Translations under genes and position numbers: made by a program
Notes under the pieces: generated by a model
Database searches by the model: none
Told to the model about the DNA's origin: nothing
What the model saw: the letters and a program-made list of their open reading frames with translations, nothing else
Shown here: one piece after another, positions 1 through 8,743 of the stretch
How the letters are laid out: each line of letters opens with the position of its first letter
How positions within the stretch are numbered: the stretch's first letter is position 1
Assembly (NCBI GenBank): GCA_016930735.1
Contig: JAFGGF010000109.1
Location: 1 to 42,469 of the forward strand
DNA length: 42,469 bases
DNA from: Prolixibacteraceae bacterium
GTDB taxonomy: Bacteria > Bacteroidota > Bacteroidia > Bacteroidales > Prolixibacteraceae
Reading direction: 5' to 3'

Positions 1-2654
1 CCTTTCAGCATAATCATTGTGTAGGTACAGTTATCATAAACATTGTTAGTGATTTGCCAGACTGATCCAACCAAATCCTGTAATCCAAACGGATTGGCAC
101 CTTCAGGATAAGAGCCAACCGGATCAAGCCTTCCATTACCCGGATTACAAAAAGTTGAATCGATCCCGGTAAGTTTTTCCACAGTCAGGGTACCGGTTAT
201 TTCGGTTTTTTCACTCGATATTTTTGCCTTGTCACCCCATGGCCATTCATTCATTTCAGAAGTTTGAGCTGCGTATTGCCATTCCATTTCAGTTGGGAGG
301 CGTTTGCCAGCCCAGGCTGCATAAGATTTGGCATCTTCATAACTTACAAAAACAACCGGTTTGTTTTCGTCTCCCGGTTTTATATTTCCATCTTCCCAAT
401 GATTCAGGAAGTTCTCAGGATCATCAGGCAAATAACCGCTTTTATCCAAAAATTCTTTGAACTGTTTATTGGTAACAGGAAATTGATCCATATAAAACGA
501 AGGTATTTGAACCTCCTTTTTAGTCAGCAATTCAGGATAAGAAATAAATTCATCACCGTTTTCAGTTTCCCATTTAAATTTTCCTGCCGGAATTTTTACC
601 ATTCCTTCAGGAGCGCCGGTATAAATTTTTGTTTTTTTAACCGAACTTATTAATCGTGCCGAAGCAGGAAGGAAATCAATAATATTTTCATCCAATAAAA
701 TTCCATCTTTAAAAAGCTGAATAACAAATTTTCCTTCTTCCCTGCCAAATTCATTTAACAGTCTGATTGTTTGTTCCTGAATCGAAAAATCTTTGTATTT
801 CCCTTCATATCCGGGCAATCCTGCCCAAACTCTGATTTGATCCCCTTCATTTGCAAAAAAAGTCAATTCATCAGCAGGAAGGTTAAACATAACATTTAAT
901 AAATCCGGCAATTCAGCAATTACTCCCACTGCTCCTTCATTGTTTGTCCCTATAAATTTTTCAGGAAAAGCATCAATATCTGCAATTGCATACAATTTCC
1001 CATTTATAGTATCGATCTGTACAGGTTTATGATTCCACAAATCGATAAAATGAGAATCTTTTTGAGATTGAACTTCAAAAAGCGGTTTGTTAAATCCTTC
1101 CGGGATCAGGCTGAAAATTGTATAAACTGTTTTCTTTTCAGAAGGCCATTTATTTACATAAATATCATCTGAAAGTGTTTGAATCAATGGTTCCCAGTTT
1201 TTCTGAAGAAAAGATAGGCTGTTTTCACGTTGGATCATTAAAATTTTTCCGAGGAATTTCCACTGCTCATCGAGCCAGTATGGACGACCCGGTGAGAAAA
1301 GATTGTTCTCAGTTCCATGGCCATTAAATAACGACAAAGCATATTCTCTTCGGATTCGTTCTTTACCAACCTCAACCACCCTGAAAATGGCAAATTCCGG
1401 TTTGATCAGTTTATTCAGGTTTAACAGCGGGCAATAATAAAGTGCATTATGAACACGCCCGCTGACTATTCCCTGCATGTCTTTGGGCACAGCCATTCCT
1501 TCGCTGTACATTACCACTCCGTCGCCACCGTTATCGGCAGCATTTCTGAGTTGTTCACTCGATGCCCCGGAACAATCCAAAACCACACCATCGGAATTTG
1601 TTTCATTGATAATCTCTGATAAGGCTTCATAGGGATCTTCACTCCGGGTGTCGGTATCCCAGGGTTTAAAAGCAATATAAAAATGTGAATCATTTTGGTG
1701 AGTAACTTCAGCCAAATTTCTGACAGCTTCAATCCCTCCCGGCATGCTTCGATACATATCCCACTGGTTCCGCTGATCCATACCAAGGGCAGGCCAGGTG
1801 GGCCATAATCCGTATATTTCAGCTCCTCCCAGAACCTGATTATTAAATTCCACAAAATCAGGAAAAGTGTATTTATCCTGTTCCGAATCATAAATATTGT
1901 GATCCCACCCCATCATCAACTGGCACAGGTAGGAATGCCGGACCCATTTCAAATCCTCTCTTTCAAACAACGAATTATTAAATTCATCAACATCAAAAAG
2001 TAATTTTTCCTGAAATATTTTTCGCAGGCCATCCTGCCGGTTTCCTTTAAAAGTTTCAATCCAGATATGATAGGTAACTTCACCCTGAGGCAAAAGGTCG
2101 GTCTCAAACCTTCGCCGGGTAGCATTTTCCCAGGATAACCTTTTGGTTAAAGCCGCCATTTGAATATCTCCTGTAACCAATTCCGAGTATCCCAGCTCCC
2201 ATGCATTATCAGGTAAAATAACATTTACAGGTTTAAATCCCGGGCGGAATAAATGTGATCTTGAAAGATAATGATCTCCCAAACCGGTAATATAAACTCT
2301 TTCAGGATTCTCTCCGAAAGGAACTATATTGTGCAATGTCAGGGTATCCGTGGAAATATTTCTGAAAATTATCAGTGCATTCCAACCACCGTTTTTATAT
2401 TCCTGATTTTTTATTTCAATCTGAAGATAATTTCTGAAATTCTTTTCCTGATTTGAAAAAATAGTCTGGTCACCAAGTTTAAATGATATAACTGGAATAT
2501 TTTCAATAACAACCTCTGACTGACCTGTAATTATTTTTTCAATGGATAGCTTTTTCTGATCGATAGAAATTGATTCTATTTGCTGGCTATAAACATTCTG
2601 AGAAAGCACCAAAAAAAATATTACAAGCAGTATTCTTGTTATTATTCCTATCAT
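1..2654 (-). CDS. Secreted multidomain protein with a C-terminal FGE/SUMF1-type (formylglycine-generating enzyme family) domain; partial, 3' end beyond window start
   Basis: Absent from the ORF track because it is edge-truncated. Hand translation of the minus strand from the ATG at 2654-2652 stays open for 884 codons down to position 3. It starts MIGIITRILLVIFFLVLSQNVYSQQ (signal peptide). The C-terminal part carries FGE-sulfatase domain motifs: FYMDQFPVTNKQFKEFL, KPVVFVSYEDAKSYAAWAGKRLPTEMEWQYAA, NPFGLQDLVGSVWQIT. I cannot assign the N-terminal ~640 aa to a family. Confidence 0.8.
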   Translation of the reverse strand, partial: MIGIITRILLVIFFLVLSQNVYSQQIESISIDQKKLSIEKIITGQSEVVIENIPVISFKLGDQTIFSNQEKNFRNYLQIEIKNQEYKNGGWNALIIFRNISTDTLTLHNIVPFGENPERVYITGLGDHYLSRSHLFRPGFKPVNVILPDNAWELGYSELVTGDIQMAALTKRLSWENATRRRFETDLLPQGEVTYHIWIETFKGNRQDGLRKIFQEKLLFDVDEFNNSLFEREDLKWVRHSYLCQLMMGWDHNIYDSEQDKYTFPDFVEFNNQVLGGAEIYGLWPTWPALGMDQRNQWDMYRSMPGGIEAVRNLAEVTHQNDSHFYIAFKPWDTDTRSEDPYEALSEIINETNSDGVVLDCSGASSEQLRNAADNGGDGVVMYSEGMAVPKDMQGIVSGRVHNALYYCPLLNLNKLIKPEFAIFRVVEVGKERIRREYALSLFNGHGTENNLFSPGRPYWLDEQWKFLGKILMIQRENSLSFLQKNWEPLIQTLSDDIYVNKWPSEKKTVYTIFSLIPEGFNKPLFEVQSQKDSHFIDLWNHKPVQIDTINGKLYAIADIDAFPEKFIGTNNEGAVGVIAELPDLLNVMFNLPADELTFFANEGDQIRVWAGLPGYEGKYKDFSIQEQTIRLLNEFGREEGKFVIQLFKDGILLDENIIDFLPASARLISSVKKTKIYTGAPEGMVKIPAGKFKWETENGDEFISYPELLTKKEVQIPSFYMDQFPVTNKQFKEFLDKSGYLPDDPENFLNHWEDGNIKPGDENKPVVFVSYEDAKSYAAWAGKRLPTEMEWQYAAQTSEMNEWPWGDKAKISSEKTEITGTLTVEKLTGIDSTFCNPGNGRLDPVGSYPEGANPFGLQDLVGSVWQITNNVYDNCTYTMIMLK

Positions 2655-2701
2655 TTTCAGTTTCACTTTTTTGGAAAACGCAACATACGACTTACTACTT
2701 C

Positions 2702-5098
2702 TTACTCAACAGTCCATTCATGAATTCCCGACGAGTTATTTTCAGGAAGTTTAACTTCCAGTTTCAGAGCAGAAGTTTTTACCGGGTCAAATTCAACATT
2801 ATTTAGTTTATCCTTTTCTATCCCATAGTTTCCTTTAATTTTTACCGGTAACCAACTATTTCCTGATTTGTAAAGGATTTTCCAGTCTGCCGGTAAATCG
2901 CATCCGCCGTTTGGCACATCCACAAACCAGTAAATGCCTGAAGAGGATACAACTTCCGGTTTTTGAAAATTATAGACTATCCAGTGGGTAACGTTTTCAT
3001 CGGGCCACCAGTGGTAGAAAATATTGGACTCATCAGCTGAATTTTTTGGAAGTATACCGTCGCTGATCCCAAATAAACCAGATGATTCATGTGAAGCCTC
3101 CACTTTACTTGTGTTGGCAATTGTAGGAGCAGGCTTCGGCCGTGTTGCCTCTTTTTTTACCGGTATCCAAACCATCATCTGCCCCTTGCCCCGATGTGCC
3201 CAGGCATAATATGGAATAGCTTTAAATTTCCGCGGGTAAGTTTCCAAACCATTTTCAGTCTGCCTTGTACCAAATCCGTCAGCAGAAAGTGTCATAATAC
3301 CGTCAAGCTTTTCAGCTTCATACGATGTAATGATTCCTGATTCAGGATCAACATACATACTTAAAATATCCGGATCTTCATAATCAGCCCATTCGGCACA
3401 ATACACCAACGGGCCCATTTGTAATGCCATTTTATCCACATCATCTTCAATATTTGGGTTTGCTTTAATTTTTCTGACTTCAAGTGGAAACAGAATTTCA
3501 ACTTTATCTTTCTTTTTCCACTTCCTTGAAATAGTCACATAACCCTTTTCTGTTTTTAATGATACTTCCTTGCCATTAACCGTAATTAATGGATTTTTGG
3601 AAGGTTCACTCATAAATGAATAAAGGTTGCCTGGGACAGGCGAGTCGGAAGCCCACCCGGGAATCCTTATTTTTAAATCCGCAGATACAATTTCATACGG
3701 ATTGACTTCAATAATTATTTTCCCATCCCATGGCATGTTGCTTTTTTGTTTTATATCAAACGATTTTCCATTAATATCAAACGATGTGGAACTTGAAACA
3801 AAAAGGTTTATATATATACTGCTATGATCCTGAGCATAAATATAATTTGGCATCGAAGGAATAAATCTGGAAATATTGGACGGGCAACAGGCACATCCAA
3901 ACCATTGGCTTCGCTGGTGCTGACCAAACGATTCAAGCGGATTAGGATAGAAAAAATGGTCTCCTGAAAGTGAAACTCCCGAAAGGACATTGTTATACAA
4001 CGAACGTTCGAGCACATCGATGTATTTTGCATCGCCACTCATCAGGAACATCCGATAATTCCAGAAAACATTGGCAATAGCAGCACAGGTTTCGCAATAT
4101 GCACGCATATTCGGCAATTCATATGGACCGCCAAAACCTTCATATCCTCCGGCTGCCCCAATACCACCGGTAATATAAAGCTTCTTATAAACAACATCCT
4201 CCCAAATTTTTGAAATAGCATTAACATATGCCTGATCGCCTGTAAGTGCAGCTACATCAGCCATACCAGTCCACATATATGCGCCTCTGACTGAATGCCC
4301 GACTGCTTCGGTTTGTTCAACAACAGGAAGATGCGATTGGTTATAAGTTGTTTTTTCACCCAATTCACCTTTGCCCCTGATATCAAGGAAAAATTTAGCC
4401 AGGTCGAGGTAACGTTTTTCCCCTGTGATCCGGTAAAGTTTAACAAGCCCGATTTCAATTTCCTGATGCCCGGGGTAATTTTCAATTTTTCCGTAACCAA
4501 ATTCACGGTCAACAAGGTCGGCACTTTTAATGGCAATATCGAGTATTTTTTTCTTTCCGGTAGCCTGGTAATATGCCACTGCTGCTTCATAAAAATGCCC
4601 CAGGTTATACAACTCATGACTGAGTTTATCAACGTTCACCCATCTTTCTTTTCCGATCCACTCATGCCCGTTTTCACCCATGATTGTGCGGTTTGTATAA
4701 AGATAGCCATCGTCTTCCTGAGCCAGTTCAATCAGGTCGACCAGAGAATCAACAGTTGCTTCCATTTCAGGGTCAGGAAACATCTGCAATGAATAAGCTG
4801 CACCTTCAATAATTTTATAAATATCTGAATCATCAAAAGGATAAGGTGAACAGAATTCACCCTCGGCAAGGCCACCGGCAATTTCAAAATTTTTAATCCT
4901 TCCAGTTTCCCGGCTTTTTTGAATGGCAATAGGAATTGTAACATCATGATTGGTTTTGATCCGGTTTGCCCAGAAATTGTCGGTAACTTTTACTTCTGTA
5001 AATGGTTTTGGAGAAATCAGATATTCATTTTCTTTAATTTGCTTTTGTGTACAGGAAGTAATAAATAAGATAAATAAAAAAACAGCCGCAATTTTCAT
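2702..5098 (-). CDS. Glycoside hydrolase family 127 (beta-L-arabinofuranosidase-like, DUF1680) lipoprotein with extra C-terminal beta-sandwich region
   Basis: Motifs HELYNLGHFYEAAVAYY and YPGHQEIEIGLVKLY, plus the GH127 Cys/Glu cluster YCETCA and GCACCPSN. The track start at 5128 is a TTG. The ATG at 5098 gives MKIAAVFLFILFITSC, a lipoprotein signal. Confidence 0.85.
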   Translation of the reverse strand: MKIAAVFLFILFITSCTQKQIKENEYLISPKPFTEVKVTDNFWANRIKTNHDVTIPIAIQKSRETGRIKNFEIAGGLAEGEFCSPYPFDDSDIYKIIEGAAYSLQMFPDPEMEATVDSLVDLIELAQEDDGYLYTNRTIMGENGHEWIGKERWVNVDKLSHELYNLGHFYEAAVAYYQATGKKKILDIAIKSADLVDREFGYGKIENYPGHQEIEIGLVKLYRITGEKRYLDLAKFFLDIRGKGELGEKTTYNQSHLPVVEQTEAVGHSVRGAYMWTGMADVAALTGDQAYVNAISKIWEDVVYKKLYITGGIGAAGGYEGFGGPYELPNMRAYCETCAAIANVFWNYRMFLMSGDAKYIDVLERSLYNNVLSGVSLSGDHFFYPNPLESFGQHQRSQWFGCACCPSNISRFIPSMPNYIYAQDHSSIYINLFVSSSTSFDINGKSFDIKQKSNMPWDGKIIIEVNPYEIVSADLKIRIPGWASDSPVPGNLYSFMSEPSKNPLITVNGKEVSLKTEKGYVTISRKWKKKDKVEILFPLEVRKIKANPNIEDDVDKMALQMGPLVYCAEWADYEDPDILSMYVDPESGIITSYEAEKLDGIMTLSADGFGTRQTENGLETYPRKFKAIPYYAWAHRGKGQMMVWIPVKKEATRPKPAPTIANTSKVEASHESSGLFGISDGILPKNSADESNIFYHWWPDENVTHWIVYNFQKPEVVSSSGIYWFVDVPNGGCDLPADWKILYKSGNSWLPVKIKGNYGIEKDKLNNVEFDPVKTSALKLEVKLPENNSSGIHEWTVE

Positions 5099-5175
5099 AG
5101 AAGTAATAAGTATGTTAGAATAAAACAACCTCTAAATTACTTAAAATATATTTTTTGTGATGTTTTTACAAGTAG

Positions 5176-6333
5176 TTATTTACCAGAAAGCTTTTCTTCC
5201 AGCTCTTTTACCTTATCTTTTAATTCCTTGATCCGGAATTCACGTCCAACAAACAACTCATTAAATTTTTGAAGCTCAAAATTTTTTAATTCAAGTTCTT
5301 TTGTCCTTTCTGCTACTCTTTTTTCAAGTTCATTGTAGAGTTCTTTAAACTTTTCTTCCCATTTTTTCCTTTCGGAAATATCGGAATGAATACCAATTAC
5401 ACGCAAAGGACTACCATCTTCCAAGCGGGAAATAACCTTACCCCGGTCAAGAATCCATTTATAGGAACCATCTTTACAAAGCAGGCGATGTTCATTAATA
5501 TAGACAGATGTTTCACCGGAAAAATGCCGGTTAAGATCGCTGTAAGTTTTTTCTTTATCATCAGGATGAACACGTTTGTCCCATTCATCCAGATTATTAT
5601 TAATTTCATGATCCTCATATCCTAACATTTTTTTCCATTGCTTTGAAAAGAACACCTCACTGGTTTTAGTATTCCAATCCCATAAGCCATCACCTGCCCC
5701 CTCCAATGCAAACTGCCAGCGTTCTTCACTCTCCTGCAATTCTTTTTTTGTCCGCCACAATCTTATGCGGTTTAACATTAGCAATCCAATCAACATGGTA
5801 CCTGCCGGATAAATTATTAAAACAGGTAAAGCAATTGTTTTAAATGTATCAATAAATAATTTTCCGGGCAACAAAGCTGTACAGCCAAGCATGGTTATAT
5901 GCACAAGTAAACCCATTAAAATCAGTTCGATCGTATACTTCCTGTTTTGCCAATTTGGCCTTAGGTTCCTCCAAAGGATACCAATTAATCCGGAAGAGAT
6001 AATAACAGCAATCCCCATCCACGTACCATCACCACCTTCAAATACCCTGAAAATTCCTGTTAACAGAATTGCAATCAATGTTGGTATCAAACCAAAAAAC
6101 AATCCTGAAATAGAAAGGATAACTGATCTTGTATCAAATACAATTCCCGGAACATATGTCCATGGAGTTAACATTACGACAATTCCCAGCCCACCGATAA
6201 TAATACCATTTATTATTTTAATCAGAATCCCTTGCCCCCATCTCCTGTTAATCAAAATGTAATCATAAAGCAAAGTGATTGTTAAAAGAATCGCTACATT
6301 TTGAATTAATCCAAGAATAATTGAATTTCCCAT
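5176..6333 (-). CDS. Membrane sensor: LytS/YhcK-type 5TM-like domain + PAS domain + C-terminal coiled coil, with no recognisable output domain
   Basis: About 6-7 N-terminal TM helices including FDTRSVILSISGLFFG (5TMR-LYT-like). PAS region WQFALEGAGDGLWDWNTKTSEVFFSKQW...YKWILDRGKVISR. The protein ends in the heptad-rich ELELKNFELQKFNELFVGREFRIKELKDKVKELEEKL. No HisKA/HATPase, GGDEF or other effector motif is visible. Confidence 0.7.
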   Translation of the reverse strand: MGNSIILGLIQNVAILLTITLLYDYILINRRWGQGILIKIINGIIIGGLGIVVMLTPWTYVPGIVFDTRSVILSISGLFFGLIPTLIAILLTGIFRVFEGGDGTWMGIAVIISSGLIGILWRNLRPNWQNRKYTIELILMGLLVHITMLGCTALLPGKLFIDTFKTIALPVLIIYPAGTMLIGLLMLNRIRLWRTKKELQESEERWQFALEGAGDGLWDWNTKTSEVFFSKQWKKMLGYEDHEINNNLDEWDKRVHPDDKEKTYSDLNRHFSGETSVYINEHRLLCKDGSYKWILDRGKVISRLEDGSPLRVIGIHSDISERKKWEEKFKELYNELEKRVAERTKELELKNFELQKFNELFVGREFRIKELKDKVKELEEKLSGK

Positions 6334-6436
6334 TATTTCTTCAAACTATACATTAATCCAATTAAAGTTAATGAATTATAAGCGAAAGTCAGATAATTTT
6401 ACTAAGAAAGATAACAGGGATAATTGCCAATTACTT

Positions 6437-7654
6437 TTAAAGATTTGACGTTTTTAAAATTCCTTCTTCCAGGCCTGCTATTTCTGACAGCCCTTTTAAA
6501 CGGCCAATAAACGGGTAACCGGGAAATGCATTTATATTGAATTCGTCAAAAAATTTAATACCATGGTCAGGGCGCATGGGAATTTGTGCATCTTTCCTGC
6601 CTTCGTTATTTCTTTTTTGCATTTCTGACAAAAGGATATTTACAAGTTCAGCCATATCAACCCAACCCTTCAAATGACCAGATTCATAAAAACTTCCGTC
6701 TTCCAGAAATTCTGTATTCCGCAGGTGGGCAAAATGAATCCGGTGGCTGAATTTTTTTATCATTTCCGGCAATTTATTATCCCTTCGTGCCGAAAATGAA
6801 CCCGTACAAAAAGTAATGCCGTTACGCAGTGAAGGATTTACTTTTTCCAGCCATTCCATGTCTTCTCTTGTACTGAAAATTCTGGGCAGCCCTAAAACCG
6901 GGAATGGGGGATCATCCGGGTGGATGGCCATGTTAATTCCACATTCTTCAGCTACTGGAATTATTTCGCCCAGGAAAAAGGCAAGATTTTTACGGAGTTC
7001 CTCTTTCCCGATCAGTTTGTACTTTTCAAGATATGATAAAAAAGCTGTTTTGTAATCTTCTATTGAATCGTATTTTAAACCACTTATAAAACCTTGAGTT
7101 TTAACTATTATATTATGGGCAAGTTCTTCTGATTCTGTTTCTGTCATCTCCAGAAATACTTTTTTCGCTTTTAAAACTAATTCCGGTGAATAATCCTTTT
7201 GAGAACCGGGACGTTTCAATATATAAATATCAAAAGCTGCAAACGTCTGGAAATCAAACAACATGGACTCACCACCTTCGGGCAAAACATAATGAAGATC
7301 GGTCCTGATCCAATCAAGAACTGGCATAAAATTATAAACAATGGTTTTAATCCCAAATTCAGACAAATTCTTCAACGACTGTTTATAGTTTTGAATATGC
7401 TGGTCACGAAATTCATTCCCAAGCTTAATGGCTTCTGAAACAGGAAGGCTTTCCACAATCTCCCAGTCGAGACCGGCATCCTCAACCACTTTTTTCCTTT
7501 TCAGAATTTCTTCTGCCGGCCAGACTTCACCTGATGGGATATGGTGCAGTGATGTAACAATTCCTTCAATTCCAAGTTGTTTCAGCCATGAAATCTGCAC
7601 CGAGTCATTTTCGCCAAACCAGCGCCAGGTTTTTTTAAGACGTATATTAGACAT
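6437..7654 (-). CDS. uxuA: Mannonate dehydratase
   Basis: N-terminus MSNIRLKKTWRWFGENDSVQISWLKQLGIEGIVTSLHHIPSGEVW matches the UxuA signature, and the length is typical. The track start at 7678 (MTKGDLII) falls inside the palindromic repeat arm, so I prefer the ATG at 7654. Confidence 0.9.
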   Translation of the reverse strand: MSNIRLKKTWRWFGENDSVQISWLKQLGIEGIVTSLHHIPSGEVWPAEEILKRKKVVEDAGLDWEIVESLPVSEAIKLGNEFRDQHIQNYKQSLKNLSEFGIKTIVYNFMPVLDWIRTDLHYVLPEGGESMLFDFQTFAAFDIYILKRPGSQKDYSPELVLKAKKVFLEMTETESEELAHNIIVKTQGFISGLKYDSIEDYKTAFLSYLEKYKLIGKEELRKNLAFFLGEIIPVAEECGINMAIHPDDPPFPVLGLPRIFSTREDMEWLEKVNPSLRNGITFCTGSFSARRDNKLPEMIKKFSHRIHFAHLRNTEFLEDGSFYESGHLKGWVDMAELVNILLSEMQKRNNEGRKDAQIPMRPDHGIKFFDEFNINAFPGYPFIGRLKGLSEIAGLEEGILKTSNL

Positions 7655-7672
7655 GATTATTAGATCACCTTT

Positions 7673-7743
7673 TGTCATCCTGAGCGCCTGTCGAAGGATG
7701 ATTTATTAATAATTGGCATGGCTCGACAGGCCCACCATGACAG
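7673..7743. repeat. Palindromic intergenic element, copy 1 (GTCATcCTGAGCgccTGTCGAAGG ... CTCGACAGGcccacCATGACAG)
   Basis: Imperfect inverted repeat with a ~19-nt AT-rich loop. It lies 4 nt after the SDR stop and 18 nt before the uxuA ATG. Its arms are clearly related to the element at 14322..14382. Confidence 0.75.
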
Positions 7744-7747
7744 CAAT

Positions 7748-8563
7748 CTATACTCCGCTAAAAGAACTAAATCCACCATCGACAGGAATGATTGTACCAG
7801 TTACAAAACTTGCTGCTTCTGAACAAAGAAAATGAATGGTACCATTTAATTCATCGATGTCTCCAAACCGCCCCATGGGTGTTTTTGCAATTACCTTCAG
7901 ACTCCGTTCAGTATAAGAACCATCCGTATTGATCAAAACAGCTTTGTTTTGAGTGCTGATAAAAAATCCGGGAGCCAATGCATTTACCCTGATCTTTTCG
8001 GAGAACTTGGTAGCCATTTCCATTGCAAGCCACTTGGTGAAAATCTCAACTCCCGATTTTGCCACAGAATAGCCTGGTACACGTGTGATTGAGGAATAAG
8101 TTGCCATGGAAGAAATATTAATAATCGATCCTGATTTGGTTTGTGCCATAGCTTCACCAAACACAAGACATGGAAAAACTGTTCCGTTCAGATTCAGATC
8201 AGTGACTTTTTTATAGTCATCGATTTTCATATCAAAAACTGTTTGTTCTTCGGTTAATGTTGCGCCAGGAAGATTACCCCCGGCAGTATTAACCAGAATA
8301 TCAATTTTACCCCATTTATCCAAAATAGCTTTTCTGGCTTCACGCAACTCTTCAACATTTAATACATCCACAACCAGCCCGATACCGGTTCCACCCTCTT
8401 CTTTAATTTTATTAAGCCGAAGGTCAACGTTTTCCTGGGTTCGCCCTATAACTGCAACATTAACACCGTTTTTTGCCAGGTAAGCAGAAATACTTCCTCC
8501 CAGGGTTCCCGATCCACCGGTTACAACGGCCACCTTTCCGATAAGGTCAAATAATTCATTCAT
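7748..8563 (-). CDS. Short-chain dehydrogenase/reductase (SDR), possibly a hexuronate-pathway oxidoreductase (UxuB-like role inferred from uxuA adjacency)
   Basis: VAVVTGGSGTLGG (TGxxxGxG Rossmann motif), IINISSMA, and the YSVAKSG (YxxxK) catalytic motif. The ATG at 8563 (MNELFDL) is preferred over the TTG at 8569. Confidence 0.8.
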   Translation of the reverse strand: MNELFDLIGKVAVVTGGSGTLGGSISAYLAKNGVNVAVIGRTQENVDLRLNKIKEEGGTGIGLVVDVLNVEELREARKAILDKWGKIDILVNTAGGNLPGATLTEEQTVFDMKIDDYKKVTDLNLNGTVFPCLVFGEAMAQTKSGSIINISSMATYSSITRVPGYSVAKSGVEIFTKWLAMEMATKFSEKIRVNALAPGFFISTQNKAVLINTDGSYTERSLKVIAKTPMGRFGDIDELNGTIHFLCSEAASFVTGTIIPVDGGFSSFSGV

Positions 8564-8699
8564 CCCCAAAATTTTAATCTCCCAATAGTACGCTGAAACT
8601 CAGAAATTGTTCAATACTTTATTCACTGGTGCTTGTACTATTTCAACAAAATGAGTTTTCAGGATTATTATTACAATTAACTACCAGCTTATCTTTAAC

Positions 8700-8733
8700 A
8701 AAAATGCCTTCACAAAATGTGAAGGCATTTTTC
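8700..8733 (-). terminator. Rho-independent terminator after the GH10 gene (symmetric, potentially bidirectional)
   Basis: aaaaatgccttcaca-aaa-tgtgaaggcattttt forms a perfect ~15-bp stem with a GC core (gccttcaca/tgtgaaggc). It has A/T runs on both sides and lies 11 nt downstream of the GH10 stop. Confidence 0.75.
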
Positions 8734-8743
8734 CTTAACTATA

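Noticed and set aside
224-2806. Track ORFs 224..460, 264..653, 1118..1327, 1511..1891(-), 2271..2456 and 2570..2806
   Set aside because: All lie inside or against the 884-codon minus-strand reading frame (1..2654) that the track omitted. Their translations are low-complexity with no motifs, so they are shadow ORFs.
7655-7678. Upstream ATG extension of uxuA (MTKGDLII...)
   Set aside because: The ATG is created by the GTCAT arm of the palindromic repeat. The conserved UxuA N-terminus begins at MSNIRLKKTWRW.
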